64,000 nt of DNA from an uncultured Planctomycetota bacterium (GTDB lineage Bacteria; Planctomycetota; SKW154; DAOVDS01): positions 65-64,064 of the forward strand of contig CAZXNM010000010.1 in the NCBI GenBank assembly GCA_964641955.1, read 5' to 3'. Below the pieces are notes generated by a model. It worked only from the letters and a program-made list of their open reading frames with translations. It was not told where the DNA came from and ran no database searches. Below are positions 55,878 to 64,000 of the stretch, in pieces (the stretch's first letter is position 1; every line of letters begins with the position of its first letter). The translations under genes were made by a program, and so were the position numbers.

Positions 55878-56622
55878 GTCGGATGCCCCATCGCAGGCGA
55901 AAGGCGAGGAGCTGGTTCGGGCCACAGGCCTGAAGAAAAGCTACTTCGCCGGCAAGCGCGAGCTGCCGGTCGTGAAGGGCGTCAATATGAATATATCGCG
56001 CGGCGAAGTGCTCATGATATGCGGCCCGAGCGGCGCCGGCAAGAGCACTCTGCTGCATATGCTGGGCCTTCTGGACCCGCCGTCGGCGGGCGATGTCTTC
56101 TACGAGGGGGAAAACCTCACGTCGGCTCCACCCCGGCGCCAGTCTTCCGTTCGCAACCGCCGGATAGGCTTCGTGTTCCAATTCTATCACCTTCTGCCCG
56201 ACCTCGACGTCGTCGAGAATACGCTGCTTCCGCTCATGATAAGGGAGTCTACCTTCTCCTGGTTCGGGGCAAGGCGCCGCTACCGAGAGAAGGTCGAGAA
56301 GGTGCTCGCAAGCATGGGGCTGGGCGAGCGCCTCAAGCACAGGCCTTCTCAGCTTTCCGGCGGCGAGAGGCAGCGCGTGGCTATAGCGCGGGCGCTTATT
56401 AACGACCCGGAAGTCCTCTTCTGCGACGAGCCCACGGGCAATCTCGACACCAGAACTGCCGAGGAGATTCTCAAGGTGCTCTGGCGAATCAGGGAAGAGT
56501 TCAGCCAGACGCTCGTGGTCGTAACCCACAATCGCACCTTGGCCGAGCAGGGCTCGCGGCGCCTGAACATGATTGACGGCAAACTCTACCGCCCCTCAGA
56601 GCGCGACCTGCCATCCAGTTGA
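55870..56622 (+). CDS. lolD: ABC-transporter ATP-binding protein (LolD-like)
   Basis: Walker A GPSGAGKST, signature LSGGERQRVAIARAL, Walker B LFCDEPTGNLD. Overlaps the permease gene by 8 nt. Confidence 0.8.
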   Translation: MSKSDAPSQAKGEELVRATGLKKSYFAGKRELPVVKGVNMNISRGEVLMICGPSGAGKSTLLHMLGLLDPPSAGDVFYEGENLTSAPPRRQSSVRNRRIGFVFQFYHLLPDLDVVENTLLPLMIRESTFSWFGARRRYREKVEKVLASMGLGERLKHRPSQLSGGERQRVAIARALINDPEVLFCDEPTGNLDTRTAEEILKVLWRIREEFSQTLVVVTHNRTLAEQGSRRLNMIDGKLYRPSERDLPSS

Positions 56623-56779
56623 GACAACTGGGTTCTTGACTTTCCGCCTTTCTTTCTATAGACTCAATCTGTTTTACGGGCCCGTTTTCGCGCAAAACTG
56701 ATATTGTCTTGCCTGCCACGTCCAGCGGGAAAGGCCCGGCGGAAGCGTCCTTTCAGTCTGTGTCGTTTGGAGGTGCGCT

Positions 56780-57205
56780 GTGAAAAAGCTGTTGGCAGCC
56801 GTCGCGCTAATCGTCATCCCCGTGCTGGTGCATGCCGATGTCGTGGAACTGACTACGGGCGAGAAATTCGAAGGCAAGATAATTTCCAGGGATGAGTCGG
56901 GCGTTACGCTCAAAGTGCCGTTCGGCAAGATAATAATCGAAAACAAGTTCATCAAGTCCGTCCAGGAAGAAAAGACCGGCGGCGACAAGAAAGAAGATGC
57001 CGCGGAAAAAAAAGGCAACGACCAGGACTCGAAAGAGACGGAACTCGAGGAGAGGAAGCTCAAGACGCGCGTATCGCGCTGGATGAACAGCCGGAACAAG
57101 CTCATCTGCAGCAAGTGCGGCGGCGATGGCAAGAAAAAGTGCACGGCGTGCGGAGGGACCGGCCAGCAGTACGCAGACCCGTATAACAAGACGACGCGCG
57201 GGTGA
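56780..57205 (+). CDS. Secreted protein: N-terminal beta-module plus two DnaJ-type CxxCxGxG zinc-finger motifs; apparently the 5' fragment of a gene split by in-frame TGA codons
   Basis: GTG start with GGAGG at spacing 7. Signal peptide MKKLLAAVALIVIPVLVHA, then DVVELTTGEKFEGKII..., then CSKCGGDGKKKCTACGGTG. TGA at 57203-57205 and again at 57212-57214, with the same frame continuing afterwards. Confidence 0.4.
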   Translation: MKKLLAAVALIVIPVLVHADVVELTTGEKFEGKIISRDESGVTLKVPFGKIIIENKFIKSVQEEKTGGDKKEDAAEKKGNDQDSKETELEERKLKTRVSRWMNSRNKLICSKCGGDGKKKCTACGGTGQQYADPYNKTTRG

Positions 57206-57268
57206 ATTCCCTGAGGCGCCAAGGGAATCCTTGGCCCCTGCAAGTCTTGCGGGGGAACCGGCTTCAAC

Positions 57269-57595
57269 ATGAAGTACCTGAAGGTGTGTTTCTGGGAAAT
57301 GAAAACCAAGAAGTTCCGCGACGAGAAGACCGCATCCGCCGGAAAGGTTGACAAGTACCTGGACACACTGGCCCAGGAACTGCGCGGCGGCTCGAACGAG
57401 CACTCCTCGCATACGAAGCCTTTCCAGACCTATAAGATAGACGAGGTGACAGTCAAGGGTGATCGGGGCGTATCCAAGGTGACCGTAACCTACGAAGCCG
57501 CAGCGGGTTCCACAACCACGGAAGAAATCAAGTGGAAGAAAGTGGGAAGCCAGTGGTATCTGGCTTCTCCCTGCGACGAAGAGGACGACGAGTAG
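57269..57595 (+). CDS. Probable 3' continuation (C-terminal beta-rich domain) of the 56780 gene
   Basis: Same reading frame as 56780..57205. The intervening in-frame codons encode a third CKSCGGTG motif before the ATG at 57269. The product ends with the acidic tail DEEDDE. Confidence 0.35.
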   Translation: MKYLKVCFWEMKTKKFRDEKTASAGKVDKYLDTLAQELRGGSNEHSSHTKPFQTYKIDEVTVKGDRGVSKVTVTYEAAAGSTTTEEIKWKKVGSQWYLASPCDEEDDE

Positions 57596-57658
57596 CCGAA
57601 AGCAATTGCTGCGCCGTGGCAGCTCCGGTGGAATGAGACAAACGGAGGATGAGACCGG

Positions 57659-59170
57659 ATGGTCTGTCTGAAGGTCAAAGACGGTCCACATAAGGGCGTA
57701 ATCTACTCGCTCGAGGGGCACATCGTTACGATAGGCCGCGACAACGAGGCCCAGATACAGATTATGGACCAGGGCGTCAGCCGCCGCCATGCCGAGATTT
57801 TCGCCGTCGGCGAGATGTACTTCATACGCGACCTCGGCTCCCGAAACGGCACCTACGTCAACGAAGAGCGCATATCGGAAGAGTTGCTAAGGGAAGGAGA
57901 CCGGGTCAGAATAGGCCAGACGACTCTCGTTTTCGAAGGCAGGGCCCCGACCACGGGGGACCTGTCTCCGCAGATAGAGTTCTCCCACATCGACGCCGAG
58001 CCGAGCGCGACCATGGAGTTCCGTTTCGGCGTCATGGACTTCGCCGATATCGAAGAGCCCGACGAGACGAGGCGCACGGCGGTCACCGAATCCCAGAAAT
58101 CCAAGCAGCTCTCCGTGCTGTATCAGGTTTCGCGCGCCGTTTCGAACGAAACGGACTCCAAGAAGATGCTTTCCAGGATTGTAGTCCTCTCTTCGGAGGC
58201 AATCAACGCCGACCACGGATTCATATTCGTGAAAGACGACGAGTCATCCAAGCCCGAACTCAACCTCGAAGCAAGCTTCGAGAAGGAAGGCAGCTCCACG
58301 CCCGCCGTATCGACGAGCATAATTAAGCGCGTCGTCAAGTACGGCCGCGCCGTGCTCACTTCCGACGCGGGCACCGACGAGCGCTTCGGGGATAAGAGTT
58401 CCGTCATTATTCAGGGTGTCAAGTCGGTTATCTGCGCTCCGCTCGCGGCAATGGACAAGATAATCGGCGTGGTCTATCTCTCGAGCTCCGACGCCAGAGT
58501 GCAGTTCTCAACGGGCGACCTCGAACTTATCACGGCAATCGGCATACAGACCGGCATGGCCTTGAACGGCATTAGCATCGCCACGGAACAGCGCAAGATG
58601 TTTACCTCCATAATATCGACTCTTGTCAACGCTGTCGAGATGCGCGACCCCGCGCTGAAAGGGCGTTCGGCCCGCGTGTCGCGATTCGCCAGGGCAATGG
58701 CAAGAGCGCTCGACTTGCCTGCAACCGATGCGAACTCGGTCGCGCTCGCCGCTCTGCTCCATAATATCGGACGGCTGTCCATCTCGGAAGCCGACATCAT
58801 CCAGTCGCAGTCCGCCGCGACGCGAGAGGAGACTCTTGAATACAAGCAGGCCATGCGCTCGCAGGAACTGCTGCTGAACATCACGGGCCTTCGGGAGATT
58901 CTGCCCGCGGTCAAGCATTCTTTCGAGAAATTCGACGGCAGCGGATACCCGGACGGACTGGCCGGCGAAGAGATACCACTTCACGCCAGAATCATTGCCG
59001 CAGCCCACGCCTTCGACGAGATACTGCAGGGTTCCCCCGGCGAAAAACTCTCTCCGAAAGAAGCACTGTTCCAGTTGAACACCCTCTCGCAGCAGGGACA
59101 AATCGACCCCGACCTTGTGAAAGCTCTGGCAATAGCTTACCGGATGGGCCTGCTGGACATCGGCGAATGA
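57659..59170 (+). CDS. FHA-GAF-HD-GYP multidomain signalling protein with a degenerate HD-GYP domain
   Basis: FHA (TIGRDNEAQIQIMDQGVSRRHAEI...RDLGSRNGTYVN); GAF (residues ~170-300); HD-GYP with GYP intact (FDGSGYPDGL) but GHSxRV changed to GRSARV and HD changed to HN (LLHNIGRL). Confidence 0.75.
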   Translation: MVCLKVKDGPHKGVIYSLEGHIVTIGRDNEAQIQIMDQGVSRRHAEIFAVGEMYFIRDLGSRNGTYVNEERISEELLREGDRVRIGQTTLVFEGRAPTTGDLSPQIEFSHIDAEPSATMEFRFGVMDFADIEEPDETRRTAVTESQKSKQLSVLYQVSRAVSNETDSKKMLSRIVVLSSEAINADHGFIFVKDDESSKPELNLEASFEKEGSSTPAVSTSIIKRVVKYGRAVLTSDAGTDERFGDKSSVIIQGVKSVICAPLAAMDKIIGVVYLSSSDARVQFSTGDLELITAIGIQTGMALNGISIATEQRKMFTSIISTLVNAVEMRDPALKGRSARVSRFARAMARALDLPATDANSVALAALLHNIGRLSISEADIIQSQSAATREETLEYKQAMRSQELLLNITGLREILPAVKHSFEKFDGSGYPDGLAGEEIPLHARIIAAAHAFDEILQGSPGEKLSPKEALFQLNTLSQQGQIDPDLVKALAIAYRMGLLDIGE

Positions 59171-59261
59171 CAGAGAACCCCCGGCGGCAAGGACTTCGGA
59201 CGGTAATCCAGCGCACAGGGAGAGAATCCTGAAAAAATCGAGTAAAAGCGCTTCTGCCAGA

Positions 59262-61769
59262 TTGATTACAGGTTTCGGCGGCGCATCGCTTGCGCAGGCC
59301 ATTACCGATATCGTGCGTGTCTCCCCGGATGCCGAATACACTATAATAACCGCGCGTCCCCGTAGAGAACACGCCCTGCGTAAAATCCTCGAAGCCGAAG
59401 GTCTTGGAGACACACGGACGACAACTTTTACAGGATTTGCCGAGGAACTTATCCGGCAGTTCGGGTCCGGCGCAATCCCGGAAGCGGCAAAGATGCTGCT
59501 TTTCCTGAGAGCATTAAAAGACGCAGACCTGCCCGGCGAGTGGCGCGCATACACAGGCACAGCCCAAGGCGCGCAAACCCTCTTCGACATCCTAGACAGC
59601 CTTCGGTCCGCATCTCTACGGAGCGCGGACCTCGCGAAGCTGAAGGGCAAGCCGCCGGCGGCCAACTCTTTGGCGAAGCTCCTGAAAAACTATGAACAGC
59701 TTCTTCGTGAAGGGAAATTTTTCGACAATCATGACCTTATTGAGAAAGCGGCAGACGCAGTCCAGGCCGGGCAGGCGGTACTCACCCGCCGTTACCTGTT
59801 CGATTGCATCCACGATGCAGCCCCGGACGAGTTCAGGCTGGCGGTGGCCATCGCGCAGGCCGACATCGACTGCGTTTTCCTCTGCGACCCGTCGGCACCG
59901 CCGCCCCCGGCCCGCGCAGTCATTATCCGGACAGACAGGGAACTCGCGGCAAATCTGCCGGACCTGAAGTCCAAGACCGCACCCCGGCCACCGGGATACG
60001 AACTCGGCAGAAGTATCGCCGAAGGCTCTTTGGAAGGAAAGTCTGAGTTGCTTCAGTTCAATGATTTTGCCTCAGAATGCCGCGGTCTGGCCAGACGCGC
60101 GCGAGACATCGAGCTGGAAGAGGGCCTTTCCGAAAAAGATATCGCCTTCTTCTTTCAGGATTGGTCGGTGCAGGCCGACCTTCTGCGCTACGAACTGCAA
60201 AGAGCAGACTTATTGACAGAAGACATGCCGGCGCATCCGGCCCGTACAGCGCTCCTGCGCGAAATGAGGTTGATTACAGACCTGCTGGCCGAGCCGGACA
60301 GGATGGACCCGAGAGCCAGGATTGTCTCAGCCGGGCTGGCTGCAGATGAGTCACAGCTTGAGGGATTGCTTGCATCCATCCTGCCGCGCCGCGAGACTGA
60401 TTCCCTGCCTGAGCTTATAGCAAACGCCATTGAATCCTTACTTCCCGCCACTTCGGCTGCACAGAAAGAAGCGCTCGACAGATACATAGAGACAGCGCGG
60501 CTATTTAATGATTTTTTCGCGCCGGGAGCAGGCCCGGCGGCTCTGCGCGATTTTGCCTCAGCCGTTGATTTGCTCCAGACAAAGGCATGGCCCGGTGACT
60601 TGCTTCCTCGGGCCTTTCTTTCGCCTGACGCTCCTCCTGCTCGCTTTTACGATACCGTGTTCCTTCCGTGCCTTCTTTCCGAGACCCGGACAGGCGCGCC
60701 GCTCCCGCCCGGCATCCGGGAGCTAATGCCCGGATTTTCGCACCTGCTGCCGGGGCCCGTGCAACTGCCGGACGTGGCAAGCGCACAACTCCGCGAGCGC
60801 TGGGAGGCTGGCAGCGCCGCTGCAAGCGCCGCGAGGGTCATAATGTCTTTTCACCGGCAGTCGAGCGGCAGGCATATCGAGCCTGCTATCTGGCTCAGGG
60901 ACAAAGCCGGCTCAGCCCGACCAGGTCCGGAGGCGGCATGCAGCGGACCTCGCCGACCGCTTCCAGCGAAGCCCGTCGCAGACAGAGTCCCTGTGCCGCA
61001 AGTGCTCAGCGTCACGAGCATAAAGCAGTATTCGACGTGTCCGCACCGGTTTTTCCTCAACCGGATATTGCAAATAGCGCCGCCGCCCAGCGAACGCATG
61101 AAACTGGGCTCGCTCATTCACAGGGTCCTGGCGAGATTTCACTCTCCCGGAGAAACCGACTTCTCGCCAGAACGGCTCGCCCATCTTCTTGCCGAAGAGA
61201 CAGAAAGAGAAACCCTTCTTCCCGCGTCGCAGGAAGAGGCGCAAACTCTCCTGAGCGCCTACGCCGCGGATGCTACAACCGGCTCCAGACGAACGCTCAA
61301 GACCGAACACTCCTTCAGGATGGACTTCGCCGGCACGCGCGTATCAGGTCGGATAGACCGGATAGTTGCCGCGCCGGGAGGCATCAGGATAATCGACTAC
61401 AAGATATCCGGGTCCGGCAAGGTCAGGAAACACAGGAACGCGGTAATGGACAGGCTCGACGACGTGCAGTTGCCCCTGTATGTGCTTGCTGCCCGCGAGG
61501 CGGGCATGAAAGTGGCCTGCTTTTCCTATCTCTATCTCAACTACGAGGGCACCGGTCGGCCGGCCGAAGTCACGCTGCGCCTGGACGAAAGCGATGCTCA
61601 GGACTCGATAGGAGAGGCTGCGCTCCAGCAGTCCCTCGAACGAATCGAAAACGTGGTCGCCGAGATACTCGCGGGAAAGGAAACGTACGAGAGAGGCGAG
61701 AATGCGCCGTGCCGCGAGTCGCCCGCACGCTGCGACTACGCCGCCATGTGCCCCCTGATGACGAGTTGA
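59262..61769 (+). CDS. AddB-like protein: C-terminal PD-(D/E)XK nuclease with an Fe-S staple and a helicase-like N-terminal region lacking a Walker A motif
   Basis: C-terminal CPHRFFLNRIL ... GRIDRI ... IIDYK ... CRESPARCDYAAMCP follows the AddB/Cas4-type iron-staple nuclease layout. No GKT/S P-loop in the N-terminal 500 aa. Confidence 0.5.
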   Translation: MITGFGGASLAQAITDIVRVSPDAEYTIITARPRREHALRKILEAEGLGDTRTTTFTGFAEELIRQFGSGAIPEAAKMLLFLRALKDADLPGEWRAYTGTAQGAQTLFDILDSLRSASLRSADLAKLKGKPPAANSLAKLLKNYEQLLREGKFFDNHDLIEKAADAVQAGQAVLTRRYLFDCIHDAAPDEFRLAVAIAQADIDCVFLCDPSAPPPPARAVIIRTDRELAANLPDLKSKTAPRPPGYELGRSIAEGSLEGKSELLQFNDFASECRGLARRARDIELEEGLSEKDIAFFFQDWSVQADLLRYELQRADLLTEDMPAHPARTALLREMRLITDLLAEPDRMDPRARIVSAGLAADESQLEGLLASILPRRETDSLPELIANAIESLLPATSAAQKEALDRYIETARLFNDFFAPGAGPAALRDFASAVDLLQTKAWPGDLLPRAFLSPDAPPARFYDTVFLPCLLSETRTGAPLPPGIRELMPGFSHLLPGPVQLPDVASAQLRERWEAGSAAASAARVIMSFHRQSSGRHIEPAIWLRDKAGSARPGPEAACSGPRRPLPAKPVADRVPVPQVLSVTSIKQYSTCPHRFFLNRILQIAPPPSERMKLGSLIHRVLARFHSPGETDFSPERLAHLLAEETERETLLPASQEEAQTLLSAYAADATTGSRRTLKTEHSFRMDFAGTRVSGRIDRIVAAPGGIRIIDYKISGSGKVRKHRNAVMDRLDDVQLPLYVLAAREAGMKVACFSYLYLNYEGTGRPAEVTLRLDESDAQDSIGEAALQQSLERIENVVAEILAGKETYERGENAPCRESPARCDYAAMCPLMTS

Positions 61770-61775
61770 CCGAGT

Positions 61776-63353
61776 CTATTCCTGCCGCAGCGCGATTTGA
61801 AGTCCCTTGACCGAGTAACTTTCCCTGACTTCGATCATCTCGGCCGCCGCGTTGATGTAGGTTCTGGGCCGTTCCTCGAGCGTCAGCGCCCTGACTTCCA
61901 CCGAATACGTGCCAGCGGGGATGTCGTCAATCTTGAAAATCCCCCTCGAATCCCTGGATATTTTCTGTTTTATAAGTTTCGGCTTCCTGCCCGGTTCGGT
62001 CGGATTGTCATAAAGAATGACGTTGAATTCCTTTATCGGCACGTCTGCGAGCACGCGTCCCTCCACGGAGCCGCCCTTGCTCAATTCGAGCCGAAGGTCC
62101 ACGCTGTTTGCGGGCACCTGCCGCTTGATAAGCAGTATGTACCCCGGCGCCCTGACGCTCATGTTGACCACATCTTCGGTAAAGCCGCTTATCGAAAACT
62201 CGCCGTTCTTGTCGGTGCGGGTAGTCTCATAGCTGCCCTTGCCGCTCACCGTGACCGTGGCACCGACGACCGGCTCGTCCACGTAGTTGACAACGATGCC
62301 CGAAATGACGTTGCCGCGCTCGAGCCTGAAATCGATGCCTTCCGTCAGGCGGCTCTCTACAATCGAGACGTTGGTTTTTGTGGAGTCCACGTAGCCGCGG
62401 GCTATAACCCTGATATTCACGAGGCCGCCTTTCAGCCCGTTGAGTTCGTACCTGCCGTCCTTGTCGGTATTCGTGCCCTTGTTAAAGAAGACCGTGCTGT
62501 CAGCCGAAGAGAGGAATATCTGTATGCCTGCAAGCGGCTGGTCGTTTTCGTCAGTAACAATTCCGTTGACTGACCCGCCGAGTTCGAGCACCAGCTTGCG
62601 CGTCGTCTGCTCGCCGGCCTCTATGTTCACCGCAATCCGCTCGCCGGGCAGGTAGTCGGCATGCGTGGCGGTGGCGCGGTACTCGCCGGGCGGGGCGCCG
62701 TCAATCTCGAAGCGTCCATCCTCGTCAGTCGTCACCCGGAAGACGCGTTCCAGCCCGCTGCCGCTTTCGACCGGTCCCGAAGCGTAGAGGATAACCTTGG
62801 CCCCGGCTACTGGCTTCTCGTCCCTGGCTTCCACGACAAAGCCGAAAAAGGTTCCTGCAGGCACAAGCTCGAAGTCCACTCCGGTCAGCGTTACAAGCTT
62901 CTCGACCGTAAGGTCCTGCCTTACGACCGATGCATAGCCTTTCTTGTCGGCCTGGACAGCGTAGCGACCGGGAGGCAGTTTCTTCAGAAGATACTTGCCA
63001 TCCTCCATGGTGAAGGTGGATTTCACCGCATCGCGCGAGTATATCGCCGTAACCATGACATCCGGGAGAGGTTTGCCGTTTTCATCCACCACCATGCCTT
63101 CGATGGCCCCTCCGTCCTGAACGTCGCGAAGAAGCTTGATTTCCGGCGCTTCTATCTGTATGGGGACGTGGTCCGGCGGACCCGGCACCGGCGGCTCATT
63201 CGGCTTCTTCGGGGGGTCAATCTCCGGTCCCGGCGGGGGTGCAACCACATTCGCCTCCGAAGAAGGAACGTGCAGGAGCCAGATTCCGAGCACGACGAGC
63301 GCGGTTACGCCCGTAGAGATGACAACAACGAGAATTCTCTCTTTCCTCGTCAT
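61776..63353 (-). CDS. Membrane-anchored protein with four carboxypeptidase-regulatory-like (CarboxypepD_reg) beta-sandwich repeats
   Basis: N-terminal transmembrane helix (ILVVVISTGVTALVVLGIWLL), a Pro-rich linker, and repeats of the form G.V.DENG.PL..V.V......T.TD.DG.Y.L..L..G.Y. Confidence 0.6.
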   Translation of the reverse strand: MTRKERILVVVISTGVTALVVLGIWLLHVPSSEANVVAPPPGPEIDPPKKPNEPPVPGPPDHVPIQIEAPEIKLLRDVQDGGAIEGMVVDENGKPLPDVMVTAIYSRDAVKSTFTMEDGKYLLKKLPPGRYAVQADKKGYASVVRQDLTVEKLVTLTGVDFELVPAGTFFGFVVEARDEKPVAGAKVILYASGPVESGSGLERVFRVTTDEDGRFEIDGAPPGEYRATATHADYLPGERIAVNIEAGEQTTRKLVLELGGSVNGIVTDENDQPLAGIQIFLSSADSTVFFNKGTNTDKDGRYELNGLKGGLVNIRVIARGYVDSTKTNVSIVESRLTEGIDFRLERGNVISGIVVNYVDEPVVGATVTVSGKGSYETTRTDKNGEFSISGFTEDVVNMSVRAPGYILLIKRQVPANSVDLRLELSKGGSVEGRVLADVPIKEFNVILYDNPTEPGRKPKLIKQKISRDSRGIFKIDDIPAGTYSVEVRALTLEERPRTYINAAAEMIEVRESYSVKGLQIALRQE

Positions 63354-63437
63354 GCTAAAGAGACCTCCGGGGAGACAGATACTCCCCGCAGTTTATACTT
63401 CATGAAGCATACGCGGGTTCACCGCGCCCGGGAAAAA

Positions 63438-64000
63438 TCAGCCGGAAAGAACATCCCTGTTTTTGTGTGCATTTTCTGCCCCGCCTTTCCTCGGCCACAG
63501 CACGGCGGATAAAGCGGCCAGCAGCAGTCCAAGCAGCGCAACCGCCGCAAGGACCAGGCCCCGCGGCCTGCGCATTATCTCAGCCTGCGATAAAGGACGA
63601 GGCCCGGATACGGTCAGCCGGAAAAGCTCGCTCGGACCCTCCCGGCTCGAACGGGAATCGGCATGGGATACTCTCAGATAGAACTGGCCGCCTTCCGGCC
63701 GCTTGAGCATGAACGTTCCCGGCTTTTCGCCGGGGCTCAGTCTCTGCCACCCCGAGATGTACCGGATGCTGCCGTTTGCGGAACTCAGGCTGAAATCGTC
63801 CATGTAGAATCCCTCGCGGGGAACCTTTCGATACTGGTCGTTCGTGACGTACCGGAATCGCAGATATGCCGGTCCCTCTCCCACGGAGAAACTAACGGAT
63901 TCCATCGTCCAATGCGGGTTGTGCATGTCGAACAGGGGGTTCTTGCTGCTTGCTCCGGTGTGGACTCTCAGTGGTTCCCAGAGCCTGCCATCCTGCGATT
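63438..64000 (-). CDS. Hypothetical protein with a transmembrane helix near its C-terminus (partial; 5' end beyond the window or ATG at 63926)
   Basis: The reading frame stays open from 63926 to the window edge. The C-terminal region carries LVLAAVALLGLLLAALSAVLWPRKGG. Lies upstream of the CarboxypepD_reg gene on the same strand. Confidence 0.35.
   Translation of the reverse strand, partial: SQDGRLWEPLRVHTGASSKNPLFDMHNPHWTMESVSFSVGEGPAYLRFRYVTNDQYRKVPREGFYMDDFSLSSANGSIRYISGWQRLSPGEKPGTFMLKRPEGGQFYLRVSHADSRSSREGPSELFRLTVSGPRPLSQAEIMRRPRGLVLAAVALLGLLLAALSAVLWPRKGGAENAHKNRDVLSG

Noticed and set aside
58508-59665. 385-aa minus-strand ORF
   Set aside because: Antisense to the FHA-GAF-HD-GYP gene.
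60668-61810. 380-aa plus-strand ORF rich in Arg
   Set aside because: It is an alternative frame inside the AddB-like gene. It has Arg/Gly/Ala low complexity, whereas the nuclease motifs lie in the other frame.
1-64000. rRNA, tRNA, CRISPR arrays, prophage or integrase signatures
   Set aside because: None of the intergenic regions longer than 100 nt shows cloverleaf-compatible tRNA features or direct-repeat/spacer periodicity, and no phage or recombinase genes were recognised.

Overview
High-GC (~60-65%) bacterial chromosomal window, densely coded on both strands. GGAGG-type ribosome-binding sites are frequent and GTG/TTG starts are common. Gene content looks Planctomycetota/PVC-like or from a related candidate lineage: secreted HEAT-repeat, WD40, FHA, Ser/Thr-kinase and DUF1570-like proteins. 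I found no rRNA, tRNA, CRISPR array, transposase or integrase. Housekeeping genes I recognise: isochorismatase-family hydrolase, HDAC/AcuC-like deacetylase, C25 (gingipain-like) peptidase, UvrD-like helicase, nadA, an RpoD/RpoS-family sigma factor, apt, copA, aroA, alanine dehydrogenase, lysS, lolCD-like ABC transporter, RimK-like ATP-grasp ligase and a Ser/Thr kinase. The most interesting block is 22079..34629, all on the minus strand: GDH, a standalone GltB-central-domain (FMN/Fe-S) protein, a sensor kinase plus a sigma54-dependent NtrC-family regulator, a near-consensus sigma54 promoter with upstream palindromes, then an operon of two paralogous small unknown proteins, NuoE-like, NuoF-like, a NuoG-N-terminal-like ferredoxin and a second GltB-central-domain paralog, ending convergent with ald. 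I read this as an undescribed NAD(P)H-linked, sigma54/two-component-controlled glutamate-synthase-like nitrogen-assimilation system. Other notable items: three tandem paralogous secreted proteins with a fourth distant paralog; a set of c-di-GMP effectors (PilZ, a 4x MshEN-motif protein, a degenerate HD-GYP); a recurrent N-terminal secreted module; two genes interrupted by in-frame TGA codons; and two genes whose conserved domains start upstream of any canonical start codon. Many long ORFs in the track are antisense or off-frame artefacts of high GC.
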